Positions 19,649 to 30,806 are shown, counted from the first letter of the stretch. The stretch is DNA of 64,000 bases from Thermoplasmatota archaeon (GCA_038818725.1 JAWAYL010000003.1:1791-65790), one strand, 5' to 3'. A program made the numbers and translations. The notes: generated by a model from the letters alone, not told the origin.

Positions 19649-20644
19649 TTATAAATTTTTTGGAGCAATTTTTGAAAGAAATTTTAAAATGAGATGGGTG
19701 GCGTAATCATTTATCATAAATTTTGATATTGCAAGAGCAATTTCATTTTCTCTCTTAATTTTCTTTCCTATTCTTTCCATCCATATTTTTTTATAATCTT
19801 TTTTCCTTTTAATTGAATCTGCCAAAATTCTCGCTGAAATCATGGAAAGAAGATTTCCAGCCCCAACTATACCCCGCACTTGGCAGGCGGCATCGCCAAC
19901 CAAAAAAATATTTTTTCTTCCAAGCTCAAAAGATTTTGAAATAGGAACATGTCCTCCTTTCCATTTAGCTTTATATTTTTCTTTGAATTTTTTAAAAGAT
20001 TCCTTAAATTTTTTTAAAGAAAGAGAGCCAATTCCTATATTCCATTCCTCCTTTTTAGGGAAAAACCATGAATAGCCATATCTAACATTTAAATCTAAAT
20101 AGAATTTATCTTTATCTCTTTCTATTTCTTTGCTTATTCCAGAAGCTCCTATGGCAAATTTAGGTTTTTTTATTCCTAAATAGTTTTTTACTAAGGAAAA
20201 GCTCCCATCTGCTCCAATAATAATTTTTGTCTCAATTCTTTGCGGCTCTAAAATAAAATTTCCATCTTTTTTAATTGAAATAACTTTTTCATTCATTCTT
20301 ATATTCGCTCCTTTTTTTATTGCTTGATTTGCCAGTTCTTTTTCTACTTCTTTTTTATTTATAGTGAGCAAATTTGTTTCTAAAGAAATTTTTCCATATT
20401 TTGTAGATATTATACATTCATTGATTTCTCTTTCAATTCCTTTCTTACTTTCATATAGATCAAAAAAATAGTAATCATCTATTTTTGTGCCCATGCCTTC
20501 GCCGCATGCCTTCATAAAAAAATCTTTATGTTCTTCAAGCAATACAAAATCCATGCCTTCTTCTGCTAAAAATTTTCCTAAGCTTAAGCCAGCTATGCCT
20601 CCTCCAATTATTACAATATCATGTTTTTCCACGATAAAAAACAT
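19649..20644 (-). CDS. FAD-dependent oxidoreductase, geranylgeranyl reductase family
   Basis: Dinucleotide fold IVIIGGGIAGLSLGKFLAEEG followed by MKACGEG, as in GGR family. Internal M chosen as start. Confidence 0.55.
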   Translation of the reverse strand: MFFIVEKHDIVIIGGGIAGLSLGKFLAEEGMDFVLLEEHKDFFMKACGEGMGTKIDDYYFFDLYESKKGIEREINECIISTKYGKISLETNLLTINKKEVEKELANQAIKKGANIRMNEKVISIKKDGNFILEPQRIETKIIIGADGSFSLVKNYLGIKKPKFAIGASGISKEIERDKDKFYLDLNVRYGYSWFFPKKEEWNIGIGSLSLKKFKESFKKFKEKYKAKWKGGHVPISKSFELGRKNIFLVGDAACQVRGIVGAGNLLSMISARILADSIKRKKDYKKIWMERIGKKIKRENEIALAISKFMINDYATHLILKFLSKIAPKNL

Positions 20645-20679
20645 TTTTATATATAAAATATATTTCTTGCGGTGATTAG

Positions 20680-20889
20680 TTGGGAAACATAAAGCCTTCA
20701 TTCATAAAAAATGTAGCAATAGAACTAATAAACAGGTTTCCAGACATATTTAGCGATGATTTTGAAAAAAATAAATTGATGGTTGAGAAATTCACAACAA
20801 TAAAATCAAAAAATACAAGGAATAGGGTAGCTGGCTATATTGCAAGGATAATGGAGGATAGAAAGAAGAAAAATGAAAAAGGAAGTTGA
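20680..20889 (+). CDS. rps17e: 30S ribosomal protein S17e
   Basis: 69 aa, MGNIKPSFIKNVAIELINRFPD... S17e N-terminal signature. Confidence 0.8.
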   Translation: MGNIKPSFIKNVAIELINRFPDIFSDDFEKNKLMVEKFTTIKSKNTRNRVAGYIARIMEDRKKKNEKGS

Positions 20890-21549
20890 AAAAGCAATAG
20901 ATGAGCTAAAAAGAGGTAATTTTATTCTTGTATATGATGCTGATGGTAGGGAAGAAGAAACTGATTTTTTTATTTCCGCGGAATTTGTTAGGCCAGAATC
21001 AATATATAGAATGAGGAAGGAAGGTGGTGGGCTTATATTTATAATGCTAAAATATGATATAGCAAAAAAAATTGGATTACCTTATCTTTCAGAAATAATT
21101 TATAATTGCTCAGATAAATGGCCTGTTTTTAAGGAAATCATTCCAAATGATATTCCATATGACACAAAATCTTCTTTTTCTCTTACTATAAACCATAGAA
21201 AAACTTTTACTGGAATAAGAGATATAGATAGAGCTATGACAATATCTAAGTTTGCTGAATTTGTTAAATTAGCAGATAAGCTTGAAAGCGAAGAAGCAAT
21301 GCATATTTTTGGAAAAAATTTCAGGAGCCCGGGGCATGTTCCAATATGTATTTCCGCAAAAAATTTGCTAAGGGAAAGGCAAGGACATACTGAGCTTGGA
21401 GTAGCTCTTGCGGAAATGGCGGGATTAGCGCCAGTAATGGCGGGATGCGAGATGCTTGATTTTGGCACAAGTTTGAGTAAAGAAAAGGCAAAGGAATACG
21501 CATTGCGTAATGGACTTGTTTTTGTTGAAGGTCGCGAGATTGTGGAGGC

Positions 21550-21571
<22 letters not shown>
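20873..21571 (+). CDS. ribB: 3,4-dihydroxy-2-butanone 4-phosphate synthase (archaeal RibB)
   Basis: About 230 aa, YDADGREEETDFF acidic active-site loop. Followed by ribL and archaeal ribC in an operon. Confidence 0.8.
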
Positions 21572-22439
<868 letters not shown>

Positions 22440-22567
22440 TATATCTTCTCGCGAAGAATTTCTTAGAGGCATCGAAGAATATGAAACATTTTTACTTTAT
22501 CAGATTCTGATGAAAATAATATAAAGGATTTATTCAACAAATTTCTTGAAGCTCTAAGAGATGAGAA

Positions 22568-22786
22568 ATGAAGAAGAAGTCCGTAGCAGTGACTAAAGCC
22601 CTGCATCTTTTAGCTCCAAATTTCTTTCCTTTATGGGATGAAAAAATAGCGAAAGCTTATGAATGTTGTTATAATAATCCCGGTGAAAAATATTTTTTAT
22701 TTTGTGAAAAAATCAAAGAGATAGCAGAGGAAGTTAAAAATTATGTAAATAGCAAAAACAAATCTCTTTTCAAGTTGATAGATTGA
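22568..22786 (+). CDS. Doubtful small ORF (72 aa) in an otherwise non-coding 400-bp gap
   Basis: ORF only; no domain, no RBS. Confidence 0.2.
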   Translation: MKKKSVAVTKALHLLAPNFFPLWDEKIAKAYECCYNNPGEKYFLFCEKIKEIAEEVKNYVNSKNKSLFKLID

Positions 22787-22847
22787 ATATAACCTGCTAT
22801 TCTTTCTCTTTGTAAAACAACAAAATATAATAATTTAAAAAGTATCT

Positions 22848-23618
22848 ATGAAAATGGATATGAAAGATAAAAAAAGAAATCTTTTGCTATTCTTTTTAGT
22901 AGCTTTTGCCTGGTCATGGTTGCTCTGGCTTCCTGAATTTTTTGGCTTTCGCCTTTATCTCGCTCCCTTTGGTCCAACTATATCTGCTTTTATTCTTACA
23001 TACGCAAATGATGGATTAAATGGAGTAAAAGAATTGTTTAAAAGAGGAATTGATTTTAAATTTAAAAAAATATGGTGGCTTCCGATATTTTTCTTAATGC
23101 CAGCAATTGTTGGCTTATCCTTTTTCCTTGCTATTCTTTGCGGCGAAAATCCTGAAATTGCGGTTTTATCTCAACCATGGATTATAATACCCGCATTTTT
23201 CTATATTCTATTTCTTGGCGGTCCGCTGGCGGAAGAATTTGGCTGGAGAGGATATGCTCTCGATACACTTCAAGCTCGTTATAGCGCTTTTATTTCGAGT
23301 GTTTTTCTCGGAATTATATGGGGGGCTTGGCATCTTCCATTATTTTTTATGAAAGAGCAGGATATATACCATAATATTCCTATTCCTTTTTTTATTTTTG
23401 GCACAGTTTTGCTTTCTATTCTTTTCACATGGATATATAATAATACAGGGAGAAGCATTTTAGCTGTTTTAATTTTCCATACAATGAGCAATTTATCCCA
23501 TTTCATCTTTCCAGCAATGGCAACTTCCTTTGGTGGCTTATATTCTGTGATAATCAACATAATTGTTGTAATAATTATATTAGCTATATTTGGTTCAAAA
23601 AGAATGGTTCGCGGATAA
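22848..23618 (+). CDS. CPBP-family intramembrane metalloprotease (CAAX protease / Abi-like)
   Basis: Motif 1 EEFGWRG, motif 2 FLGIIWGAWH, motif 3 FHTMSN, in a polytopic membrane protein. Confidence 0.75.
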   Translation: MKMDMKDKKRNLLLFFLVAFAWSWLLWLPEFFGFRLYLAPFGPTISAFILTYANDGLNGVKELFKRGIDFKFKKIWWLPIFFLMPAIVGLSFFLAILCGENPEIAVLSQPWIIIPAFFYILFLGGPLAEEFGWRGYALDTLQARYSAFISSVFLGIIWGAWHLPLFFMKEQDIYHNIPIPFFIFGTVLLSILFTWIYNNTGRSILAVLIFHTMSNLSHFIFPAMATSFGGLYSVIINIIVVIIILAIFGSKRMVRG

Positions 23619-23716
23619 AATTCAAGAATTAGAAAACTATAACGATTTGTTATCCAACATTCGGAGTGCTTAAGCTTTAAAAACAAAATTTAAATAATAA
23701 AAATTATTTAAAAATC

Positions 23717-24416
23717 ATGAAAAAAATATTTGGCATATTAATCAGTGGAATATTTGTAGTAACTCCTTTAGTTACTGCGACCTCTACCACTTACAATGAA
23801 TCACCGGTATTAACACAAGAAGCAACGAGTTCCCAAAATACTTTCTATAGTGTATGTCTTGGAAAAACGTGGATTCATGGCGGATTTGATAGGAGTTGTG
23901 ATGCAGAAGCCTTATAACATAAATTTAAATAATCTTAAAGCAGGCGATGTTATAGAATTTTATTTCTTGAAAAAAATTGAGGAATCGGATCTAAAAGAAC
24001 ATTTCTATTTTGAAGGAAAAGTGTATATTGATGGATACGGAGTTAGAGAAGAGTGGGATTATGAAGAAACAGATTTAGAAAATGATATGTCAGAAGATAG
24101 GATAAATAATTCAGACGAAGATTGGGTAAAAATAACAGTATATACCTTTACATATTCAGGTGGAGCAATCTATCTCCATTCTCAGTTATATGTAGAATAT
24201 CATTCCAGCGATTGGGGAGAGACAAATGATCCAGATGATTTTCCAGGAATTAATGACGTTGCATATGGAAACATTTACCTTTCTTTAAATAGTCCTTCTT
24301 GTGATAGTGCACAAAGCCAAAATACACAAACAATTCTTTCTACAAACTCTTCTTCTACATCTATGGAAGCAATTGCAGTTGCGGAAGCAATAAATACATC
24401 TAATACTTTAAATTAG
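23717..24416 (+). pseudogene. Probable frameshifted secreted protein: signal-peptide ORF 23717-23917 plus body ORF 23850-24416 in another frame
   Basis: ORF A encodes only a signal peptide and about 40 residues. ORF B frame is open from 23814 with only a GTG start. The overlap contains an A5 homopolymer. Confidence 0.35.
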
Positions 24417-24848
24417 GTGAATGAGATGAAAGCAATGAAAAATGTAAGTAAGATTACACTCGTTTTCTTATCTATAAGTATATTGCTCCTTCCTTCTACA
24501 TTTCAAAAAATTTCTCCTGATATTGAGCTTCACATTCGTGCAGGGGTTAACCGACCCGCATATAGAGAAGATGATTATGGTTTTGGATATGGTGTAGATG
24601 TATACAACCGTAGAAATGAACCAGTTACTGCATTTTATTATGCTACCTATTATACTATTTCTGGAAAAAGAAATGATAGCGAAACATTTGTTGTTCCTCC
24701 AGGTTTAGGAAGTGGAAGAGATAGATTTTGCTTTTCAGCAATTCTTTCTCCAATAAAAGTTCATCTTGAAGCAGGAGGAAAAGAAAAAACAAGAGAAGGA
24801 TTTGTTGTATTTGGCTTCGTTGTATTTTTAACAAATGAAGAAAAATAA
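24417..24848 (+). CDS. Small secreted hypothetical protein
   Basis: N-terminal hydrophobic signal ITLVFLSISILLLPSTF; 143 aa. Confidence 0.5.
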   Translation: MNEMKAMKNVSKITLVFLSISILLLPSTFQKISPDIELHIRAGVNRPAYREDDYGFGYGVDVYNRRNEPVTAFYYATYYTISGKRNDSETFVVPPGLGSGRDRFCFSAILSPIKVHLEAGGKEKTREGFVVFGFVVFLTNEEK

Positions 24849-24898
24849 TATATTTAATTATTGCAGATAAGTTTAAAAATAAAAATTGAATTAATATC

Positions 24899-25375
24899 AT
24901 GAAAAAATTTGTTGTTATTGCAATTGTTTGCTTGCTTATTTTTCCAATAATTGAAGGTAGAAAAGAGAAAAGCGTTGAAAATAGAAACGAAATAACTTTT
25001 TCTGAAGTTAAAAATTATCTCATCAATTATCCAGGAGGAAAAATTATTATAGAAAAATTGCAAGAATATGGGCTTAATGAAAATAGCAGTGGAGCAATTA
25101 AGCTTTTTTGCCTGATGATAACAAAAGGATATGGATATGCATTTCCTCCTGGCATGCAGTTTGCAATTCTATCATCAATACTCAGTATATGGTATTATAC
25201 AGATGGCTATACTCAGTTTTATACTATTTCTGGGGAAGAAATTTATAATTTCAGTCAGATAGGCGTAGCTTTAATCTGGCCAATTGGCTTTTTCATCTCG
25301 CCAAGCATAACAAAACAGCCAGGCAATATAATCGGCGCAGGCTCCGCAATAGCAGTCGTTATATTCCAAGTTTAA
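24899..25375 (+). CDS. Small secreted/membrane hypothetical protein
   Basis: Signal peptide MKKFVVIAIVCLLIFPIIEG; hydrophobic C-terminus. Confidence 0.5.
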   Translation: MKKFVVIAIVCLLIFPIIEGRKEKSVENRNEITFSEVKNYLINYPGGKIIIEKLQEYGLNENSSGAIKLFCLMITKGYGYAFPPGMQFAILSSILSIWYYTDGYTQFYTISGEEIYNFSQIGVALIWPIGFFISPSITKQPGNIIGAGSAIAVVIFQV

Positions 25376-25835
25376 AGCCAAAGCCCTTTACTGTTGGCAG
25401 ACCTTGATTTTTCCATTCAACAATTCCTCCTTGCATGTTATATATTTTTCCTTCGAAACCAGCTTCTTCAAGCATTTTTCCTGCTATATAGCTTCTATTT
25501 CCTGTTCTGCAGTACAAAATTATTTCTTTTCCTTTAAAAATTGTTTTAAAAATATTTAGCAGATAAGGACTTTCCATCCACTGCAATGTAAATAATATTG
25601 GCTTGTCATAAATATGAGGAGTTGCTATTCTCTCATTGAAATATTCATTGAAATATCTTACATCTACAGGATGCTGTATTCCATCTTCTTCGCTATTTAG
25701 CATATTCCATGCTTGGAGGACAGTAATGTTAGTCAATTCTATAATTCTGCTATTTTCTATTTTTTCGCTTTTAGTTTCACTTATATTGAAGTTTGCCAGT
25801 ATAAGAAATACAACCAATATAGCTAATTTTTTCAT
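25359..25835 (-). CDS. Secreted rhodanese-domain protein (sulfurtransferase-like)
   Basis: Signal peptide MKKLAILVVFLILANF. Active-site loop YCRTGNRS (Cys-x-Gly-x-Arg rhodanese signature). Confidence 0.7.
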   Translation of the reverse strand: MKKLAILVVFLILANFNISETKSEKIENSRIIELTNITVLQAWNMLNSEEDGIQHPVDVRYFNEYFNERIATPHIYDKPILFTLQWMESPYLLNIFKTIFKGKEIILYCRTGNRSYIAGKMLEEAGFEGKIYNMQGGIVEWKNQGLPTVKGFGFKLGI

Positions 25836-25904
25836 GATATTAAGCAAAAAAGAATATAAAATTTTTCTGCAAGGATTTATAAATGGATAAAAAATTTATA
25901 AGCA

Positions 25905-26285
25905 ATGTATAAATTGCCAAAAGAAGAAGAAATAAGAAGAGCAATTTTCAATGCAATTAAAAAAGAGAGGAGCTTTAACTCTTTAAAAGATTTCAGGGAT
26001 AAAATCTTGAATGAATTGAAAAAAATTGATGAAAATTATACAATAAGCTTGGGGAGAGCAAGAAGCTTAATAGCTCGCTCAGGCTTTGTAAAGATATCTA
26101 TAAAAAATAAAAAAACGGATAAAAAAATTTTGAAATGCCCTGTTTGTAGCGGAAATCTTGAAAAATTAAAAAATTTATCTTTGCTGGGAGAAAAAATTGT
26201 AGTTGGTTATAGATGCAAAATTTGTGGTTATAAAGCAAAAAAAGGAGAAATGCCCTATAGATATGAATTCCACTTTACCAAATAA
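25905..26285 (+). CDS. Hypothetical protein with C4 zinc ribbon
   Basis: CPVCSG...CKICGY; basic, 126 aa. Confidence 0.45.
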   Translation: MYKLPKEEEIRRAIFNAIKKERSFNSLKDFRDKILNELKKIDENYTISLGRARSLIARSGFVKISIKNKKTDKKILKCPVCSGNLEKLKNLSLLGEKIVVGYRCKICGYKAKKGEMPYRYEFHFTK

Positions 26286-26313
26286 TTATTTATACTAAAT
26301 TTATTTTTCTTGT

Positions 26314-26398
26314 GCAGGGGTAGCCAAGCCAGGCCAACGGCGCAGGACTTAAGATCCTGTGGTGAAGTCCTTCGAGGGTTCAAATCCCTCCCCCTGCA
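26314..26398 (+). tRNA. tRNA-Leu (anticodon TAA), intron-less, long variable arm
   Basis: Acceptor GCAGGGG/CCCCTGC plus A73. Anticodon arm CAGGA-CTTAAGA-TCCTG. T-arm GAGGG-TTCAAAT-CCCTC. Confidence 0.85.
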
Positions 26399-26437
26399 TT
26401 TTCGCTAAGTTTTTATATCATTAAAATTTTCTATCCA

Positions 26438-27079
26438 ATGGAAATTTTTGAAAGAATAAAACAGGGGATTATAGTTGAAGTAGATAATGTAAAGCAGGCT
26501 ATTGAGATAGATAAGCATGCTCATGGGGTTTTTTTAAGAAATTTTGATATTGAAATGATAGAAGAAATAAAAGAAGAAGTTTCTTTGCCATTAATTGCAA
26601 GTTGCAGAGTTGGACATTTTATTGAAGCAAGAATTCTAGAAAAAATAGGCGTAGATATAATTGATGAAAGTGAGGCGGGAGATATGGAATATATAAAAAA
26701 GAAAGATTTTTCCACTCCATTTATGTGTAAAATTAATAGCATAGAGGAAGCAAAGGAGAGAATAGATGAAGGAGCAAAAATACTCAGAACAGATTTTGGA
26801 GCCCTTGAAGATGTTTTATGGCTTATAAAAGAAGGAAAGGAAAAAAAATTAAAGGCTTTGCTTTTTATTGCTCTTGAAATTGCATCTCCTGCAGATGTTG
26901 CTCTTCTTTTTCAAATTGGAGCAGATGGAATAATTATTTCCTCTAATATCTTTCGCTCTCCAAATCCGCCAAAACTCCTTGATAGTATAGTAAATGCATC
27001 TCTGAATTATAACAACATAGAAAAAATAGTTGAATTGAGCAGACAGATTAAAAAAATTCTGCCTTCTGAAGCGAAATAA
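26438..27079 (+). CDS. Degenerate PdxS (PLP synthase subunit)-like protein lacking catalytic lysines
   Basis: Collinear with PdxS (IEEIKEEVSLPLIASCRVGHFIEARILEKIGVDIIDESE; PADVALLFQIGADGIIISSNIFRS), but only 213 aa, with two internal deletions. K81->S (MAKxRIGH->ASCRVGH), K149->D (RTKGE->RTDFG), D24->E. Confidence 0.65.
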   Translation: MEIFERIKQGIIVEVDNVKQAIEIDKHAHGVFLRNFDIEMIEEIKEEVSLPLIASCRVGHFIEARILEKIGVDIIDESEAGDMEYIKKKDFSTPFMCKINSIEEAKERIDEGAKILRTDFGALEDVLWLIKEGKEKKLKALLFIALEIASPADVALLFQIGADGIIISSNIFRSPNPPKLLDSIVNASLNYNNIEKIVELSRQIKKILPSEAK

Positions 27080-27119
27080 ATATAAAGATGTTTTTAATTA
27101 TGTATTTGGAGGCTGAAAA

Positions 27120-30100
27120 ATGAAAGGAAAAGCGAAAATAGCGGTAGGAATTGTGGTGTTATTAGCGATATCTGCGATAAGCTTTGGCATAACAATGCAG
27201 CCACAGCAGAGCAAACCTATAACAAAATTGCAGAAAAAGATAAAAACAACAGATATATCTGGAAATGAAAAAATAGAAAGCTACCTTCTCGACAGCTACA
27301 TAAGGGATGATGGCGAAGAAGCTCTTTTATTTGCTGAAGGAGACGATGCTGGCTATAATGTTGATACAGGAAATGAATTTAAGAGAGCTTTGCCAATCTA
27401 TCCTGGCGAAATTAGGGATTTAGCGCCTGGAAGAAAATTCACTGGACAACTTGATCCAGGAAGGGACAATGAAGACTGGTATTCATTTTCTGTATGTGAA
27501 AAACAAAAGATAAAAGCTACGCTTACCCCCTCTTCAAACTTTGATTTACAGCTTGCAAATCCTAGCGGCTATGTTGTTGCAACTTCAGCAAATGCAGGAA
27601 ATGCTGCGGAAAGCGTTGAATTTACTGCTAACGTGACAGGTTTATGGGCAATTCGCATATATGCAGGGAGCGGAGCAAGCGCTGGCGGCTATACTTTTGA
27701 TGTTAAAATAGAGGGGCAGAACGATGCGGGCACAGGCAAGGATGCTGGAAATAGCATTTCGCAGGCAACAGCAATAACTCCTGGAACATATAATGGATAT
27801 ATGGATATGAATGACTGGGAAGATTGGTATAGCTTTAGTGTTAGTGCTGGGCAGGGAATAAAAGTAGAAATAAAACCAATGCAGAAATCAGATTTTGACA
27901 TACACCTTTATGACCCAACTGGCAAATGGGTTTATAGTGCTCAATATTATGGGAATGATACTCTTGAATATCCAGCAGATAAAAGCGGAACATGGTATAT
28001 AAAAATAGATATGTTCCCAGGATGGGATAAAAGCAAATGGCCAGAAAATTACTTCCTCTATGGCTCTGGAGTATATGAGTTAACATTAACTCTCGGTGTA
28101 TCAGCTGCGCAGCCACCAGGCCCAATTCCACAGCGTGAAATAATTCCTGTTGCACAGACATTTATTGTAAATGATAATCCAAATAGCAATAGCGATGAAT
28201 ATGCATATATAGCTGCTATACCAGCTGCAAACTATATTAAAGATGGAAAGAGATATGTTTCCCCAATTGTTTATAGAGGAGTAAATAAGCAAACTCATTG
28301 GTTTGGAACAGTTGATGATACAACTCAATATTTGCTTGATGATTGGAATACATATCTTGCAAGGCATGGAATGACAGCAAAAGAATATGTATTGAATGCG
28401 GATCCAGTTAAAGCAGCTGCTGAAATAGCAACTACAAAATGGACAAGTTCAAGCACTGCTGTTGTTACTGTAGATGGTAGCGACTTTAGCGATGAAATTA
28501 ATACAATAGTAGACAAAGATGCAACACTTATAGTTAAAACAAAGCAAATGGTTGCTCCAAAAGGAAGTTCAAAACTTAAAGATTTGGGAGGAAAGCAGGC
28601 ATTGCCAATGTTTTTGGATAAGAGCTGGGGAGCAATGACAGTCTATACACATGGCTCTGATTCGCCAGCAGTAGGAATAATAACTCCAAGATATGAGCCA
28701 GGCACTGAAGAAGATTGGCCTCATCCATATGACGCAAGAGGAGACAATACAAATATATACTTCCCTGTTTCAGTCCCAGGGTTATGGATTCCATATGTTG
28801 GTTCAAACTCCGGCGACTGGACGCTTGAAGTAACTGTTTATAGTGGAGATAGATATACAATTCCAATTTCAACAACAGATTGCAGTATAAAAGTTACTGT
28901 AACAACAGATGAGCCAAGCTATTTAGAAGTATTCCTTATTGATCCTTATGCAAATATAAGAGATCCTTCTGTGCCACACTGGAACGGTGGACCAATAAAT
29001 CCAATTCATGTATGGAATGGCGGTCATTGGGAAGGCATAGGATTTGAGAAATGGCGCAGGTGGGAGCCCACATACAGTAAAGAGCATACTGTTGAAGCTC
29101 ATTATCCAATGACAGGAAAATGGACCGCAATTGTTGCTCCTCACTATCCATATGGACAGGAAAAGACAAGCGACTCAATACCATATCATATAAAAATAGA
29201 GGTGAGGCAGCATAATCCAAAGAGAGTTAATGCTGGCTTGTCTGCTGCAAATGCTGCTGTAATTGCTTCATTGAAACATGCTCCATTGCTTTATGTAAAA
29301 GAGGATAGCATACCTCCTGAAACAACAAACGCATTGACAAAGCTTGGAGTATCAAACATAATATTTGTAAATATTGGAAAAGTCAGCTCTGTAAGCTTGC
29401 CAGGAAGTGTTACAGAATATAAGACAATGGCAGAAGTAGTTGATGCAATAAAGAAAGATCCAAAATCAGAAAATTTCATAACAATTACTTCATTTGGCAC
29501 ATTAAATGGCTATTTTGCTCCTGCAGCAATGATTGCAGCATATCATGGTTCACCTGTTTTGAGCATTGGCGAAGCAGCTGAGGCATATGATATACTTGAT
29601 AAAGCAACAACATGGCGCACATATGGTGGAGGATGGTATCACGGATGCAGAGCTCAGGGGCATTTGCCATCAATGAGTGAGCCATTTGACTGGATAGATT
29701 TCTTAAAGGATTTACTTGGAGGAAATATACCAAGCCCAGGCTTTGATTTAGAAAAAAGATGGTTTACCGCAATACATGATGGAATACATAACCTTACACT
29801 TAAATACAATCTTGATTTGCCAGGAAAGGAAGCTTATTTATTTGTTGCAGATAGAGAGGATGATATTCGCCATCTTGCAATACTTGCAATGACAGGAAAT
29901 AATTCCTATGCAGGACAAATAATATTTGACACGCCTGCAATGCAAACCGCGCTGGTATGCAGAGATATATTATATCCAGCAATAATTTATGCAAACCCAG
30001 GAAGGAATGTAACAACTTCTCAGCTGATGAACTTCCCAGATGGAAATACATGGCGCACAAATGATGGAAAATCATATTCAGTATTTTCAAGCCGTGAATT

Positions 30101-30806
30101 AAAGGCGTCATTCAGCTCACATGGAAGATTTTATGAAGGACATTGCATATGGGAAAATCTACTTAAGAGATATAATACAGGAGTAAGCATTAGCTATTAT
30201 TCCGGTCATGGAACAGGAGGAAGCGGAATTTCCGCACAGCCACGCAACTGGGCTGAAGATTTCCCACAAGCAGAGCCGAGATATGAACATTTGCATGATT
30301 TCACATGGTGGGATGGATGGCGAGGATATATGTATGATGACACTCAAACAAAAGATCCAAGATGGGGTGGATTTACATGGTATAATCCAAAAGAACCAAA
30401 TCTATATGACATAATTCACTTCAAGTGGGTTGATCAGCTATTCCAGAATTTGCACAGCGAAATAGAATTATGGATGTCATGCACAACTGGACAGCATTTT
30501 GGTCCAGACATATATCTTGAGCATGGAGCAGCACTTTGGTATGGAAATGCGGGCACAGGACTATGCCCACAGGAAGATTTGCTCGATGATTGGTGGATAC
30601 ATGATTTCCTAGTTGAAGGAAAATCAATAGGAGAAGCATTATCAACATACATATATTTGCATCAGCGCGACTATACAACAGGCGATGATTTTGCAATGTA
30701 TGGTCCATCATCAATGCAGGTTACAAATGTTCAAGTGATCTTTGGAGATCCAACACTTATATGCTATAGCCCAGAATGGGTTGAGCCAACACCAGTAGCA
30801 CCATAA
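27120..30806 (+). CDS. Large secreted protein: two PPC (pre-peptidase C-terminal) domains plus a divergent C25/gingipain-like His-Cys peptidase region
   Basis: GGAGG RBS and signal anchor MKGKAKIAVGIVVLLAISAISFG. PPC signatures EDWYSFSV...FDLQLANPSG and EDWYSFSV...FDIHLYDPTG. Candidate dyad SYYSGHGTGGSG / LWMSCTTGQ. Confidence 0.7.
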   Translation: MKGKAKIAVGIVVLLAISAISFGITMQPQQSKPITKLQKKIKTTDISGNEKIESYLLDSYIRDDGEEALLFAEGDDAGYNVDTGNEFKRALPIYPGEIRDLAPGRKFTGQLDPGRDNEDWYSFSVCEKQKIKATLTPSSNFDLQLANPSGYVVATSANAGNAAESVEFTANVTGLWAIRIYAGSGASAGGYTFDVKIEGQNDAGTGKDAGNSISQATAITPGTYNGYMDMNDWEDWYSFSVSAGQGIKVEIKPMQKSDFDIHLYDPTGKWVYSAQYYGNDTLEYPADKSGTWYIKIDMFPGWDKSKWPENYFLYGSGVYELTLTLGVSAAQPPGPIPQREIIPVAQTFIVNDNPNSNSDEYAYIAAIPAANYIKDGKRYVSPIVYRGVNKQTHWFGTVDDTTQYLLDDWNTYLARHGMTAKEYVLNADPVKAAAEIATTKWTSSSTAVVTVDGSDFSDEINTIVDKDATLIVKTKQMVAPKGSSKLKDLGGKQALPMFLDKSWGAMTVYTHGSDSPAVGIITPRYEPGTEEDWPHPYDARGDNTNIYFPVSVPGLWIPYVGSNSGDWTLEVTVYSGDRYTIPISTTDCSIKVTVTTDEPSYLEVFLIDPYANIRDPSVPHWNGGPINPIHVWNGGHWEGIGFEKWRRWEPTYSKEHTVEAHYPMTGKWTAIVAPHYPYGQEKTSDSIPYHIKIEVRQHNPKRVNAGLSAANAAVIASLKHAPLLYVKEDSIPPETTNALTKLGVSNIIFVNIGKVSSVSLPGSVTEYKTMAEVVDAIKKDPKSENFITITSFGTLNGYFAPAAMIAAYHGSPVLSIGEAAEAYDILDKATTWRTYGGGWYHGCRAQGHLPSMSEPFDWIDFLKDLLGGNIPSPGFDLEKRWFTAIHDGIHNLTLKYNLDLPGKEAYLFVADREDDIRHLAILAMTGNNSYAGQIIFDTPAMQTALVCRDILYPAIIYANPGRNVTTSQLMNFPDGNTWRTNDGKSYSVFSSRELKASFSSHGRFYEGHCIWENLLKRYNTGVSISYYSGHGTGGSGISAQPRNWAEDFPQAEPRYEHLHDFTWWDGWRGYMYDDTQTKDPRWGGFTWYNPKEPNLYDIIHFKWVDQLFQNLHSEIELWMSCTTGQHFGPDIYLEHGAALWYGNAGTGLCPQEDLLDDWWIHDFLVEGKSIGEALSTYIYLHQRDYTTGDDFAMYGPSSMQVTNVQVIFGDPTLICYSPEWVEPTPVAP

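Noticed and set aside
22440-22847. About 400-bp gap after ribC with only a 72-aa ORF, considered as a degraded gene or ncRNA
   Set aside because: There is no frame-consistent remnant, no GC enrichment and no recognisable RNA motif, so it is left unannotated.
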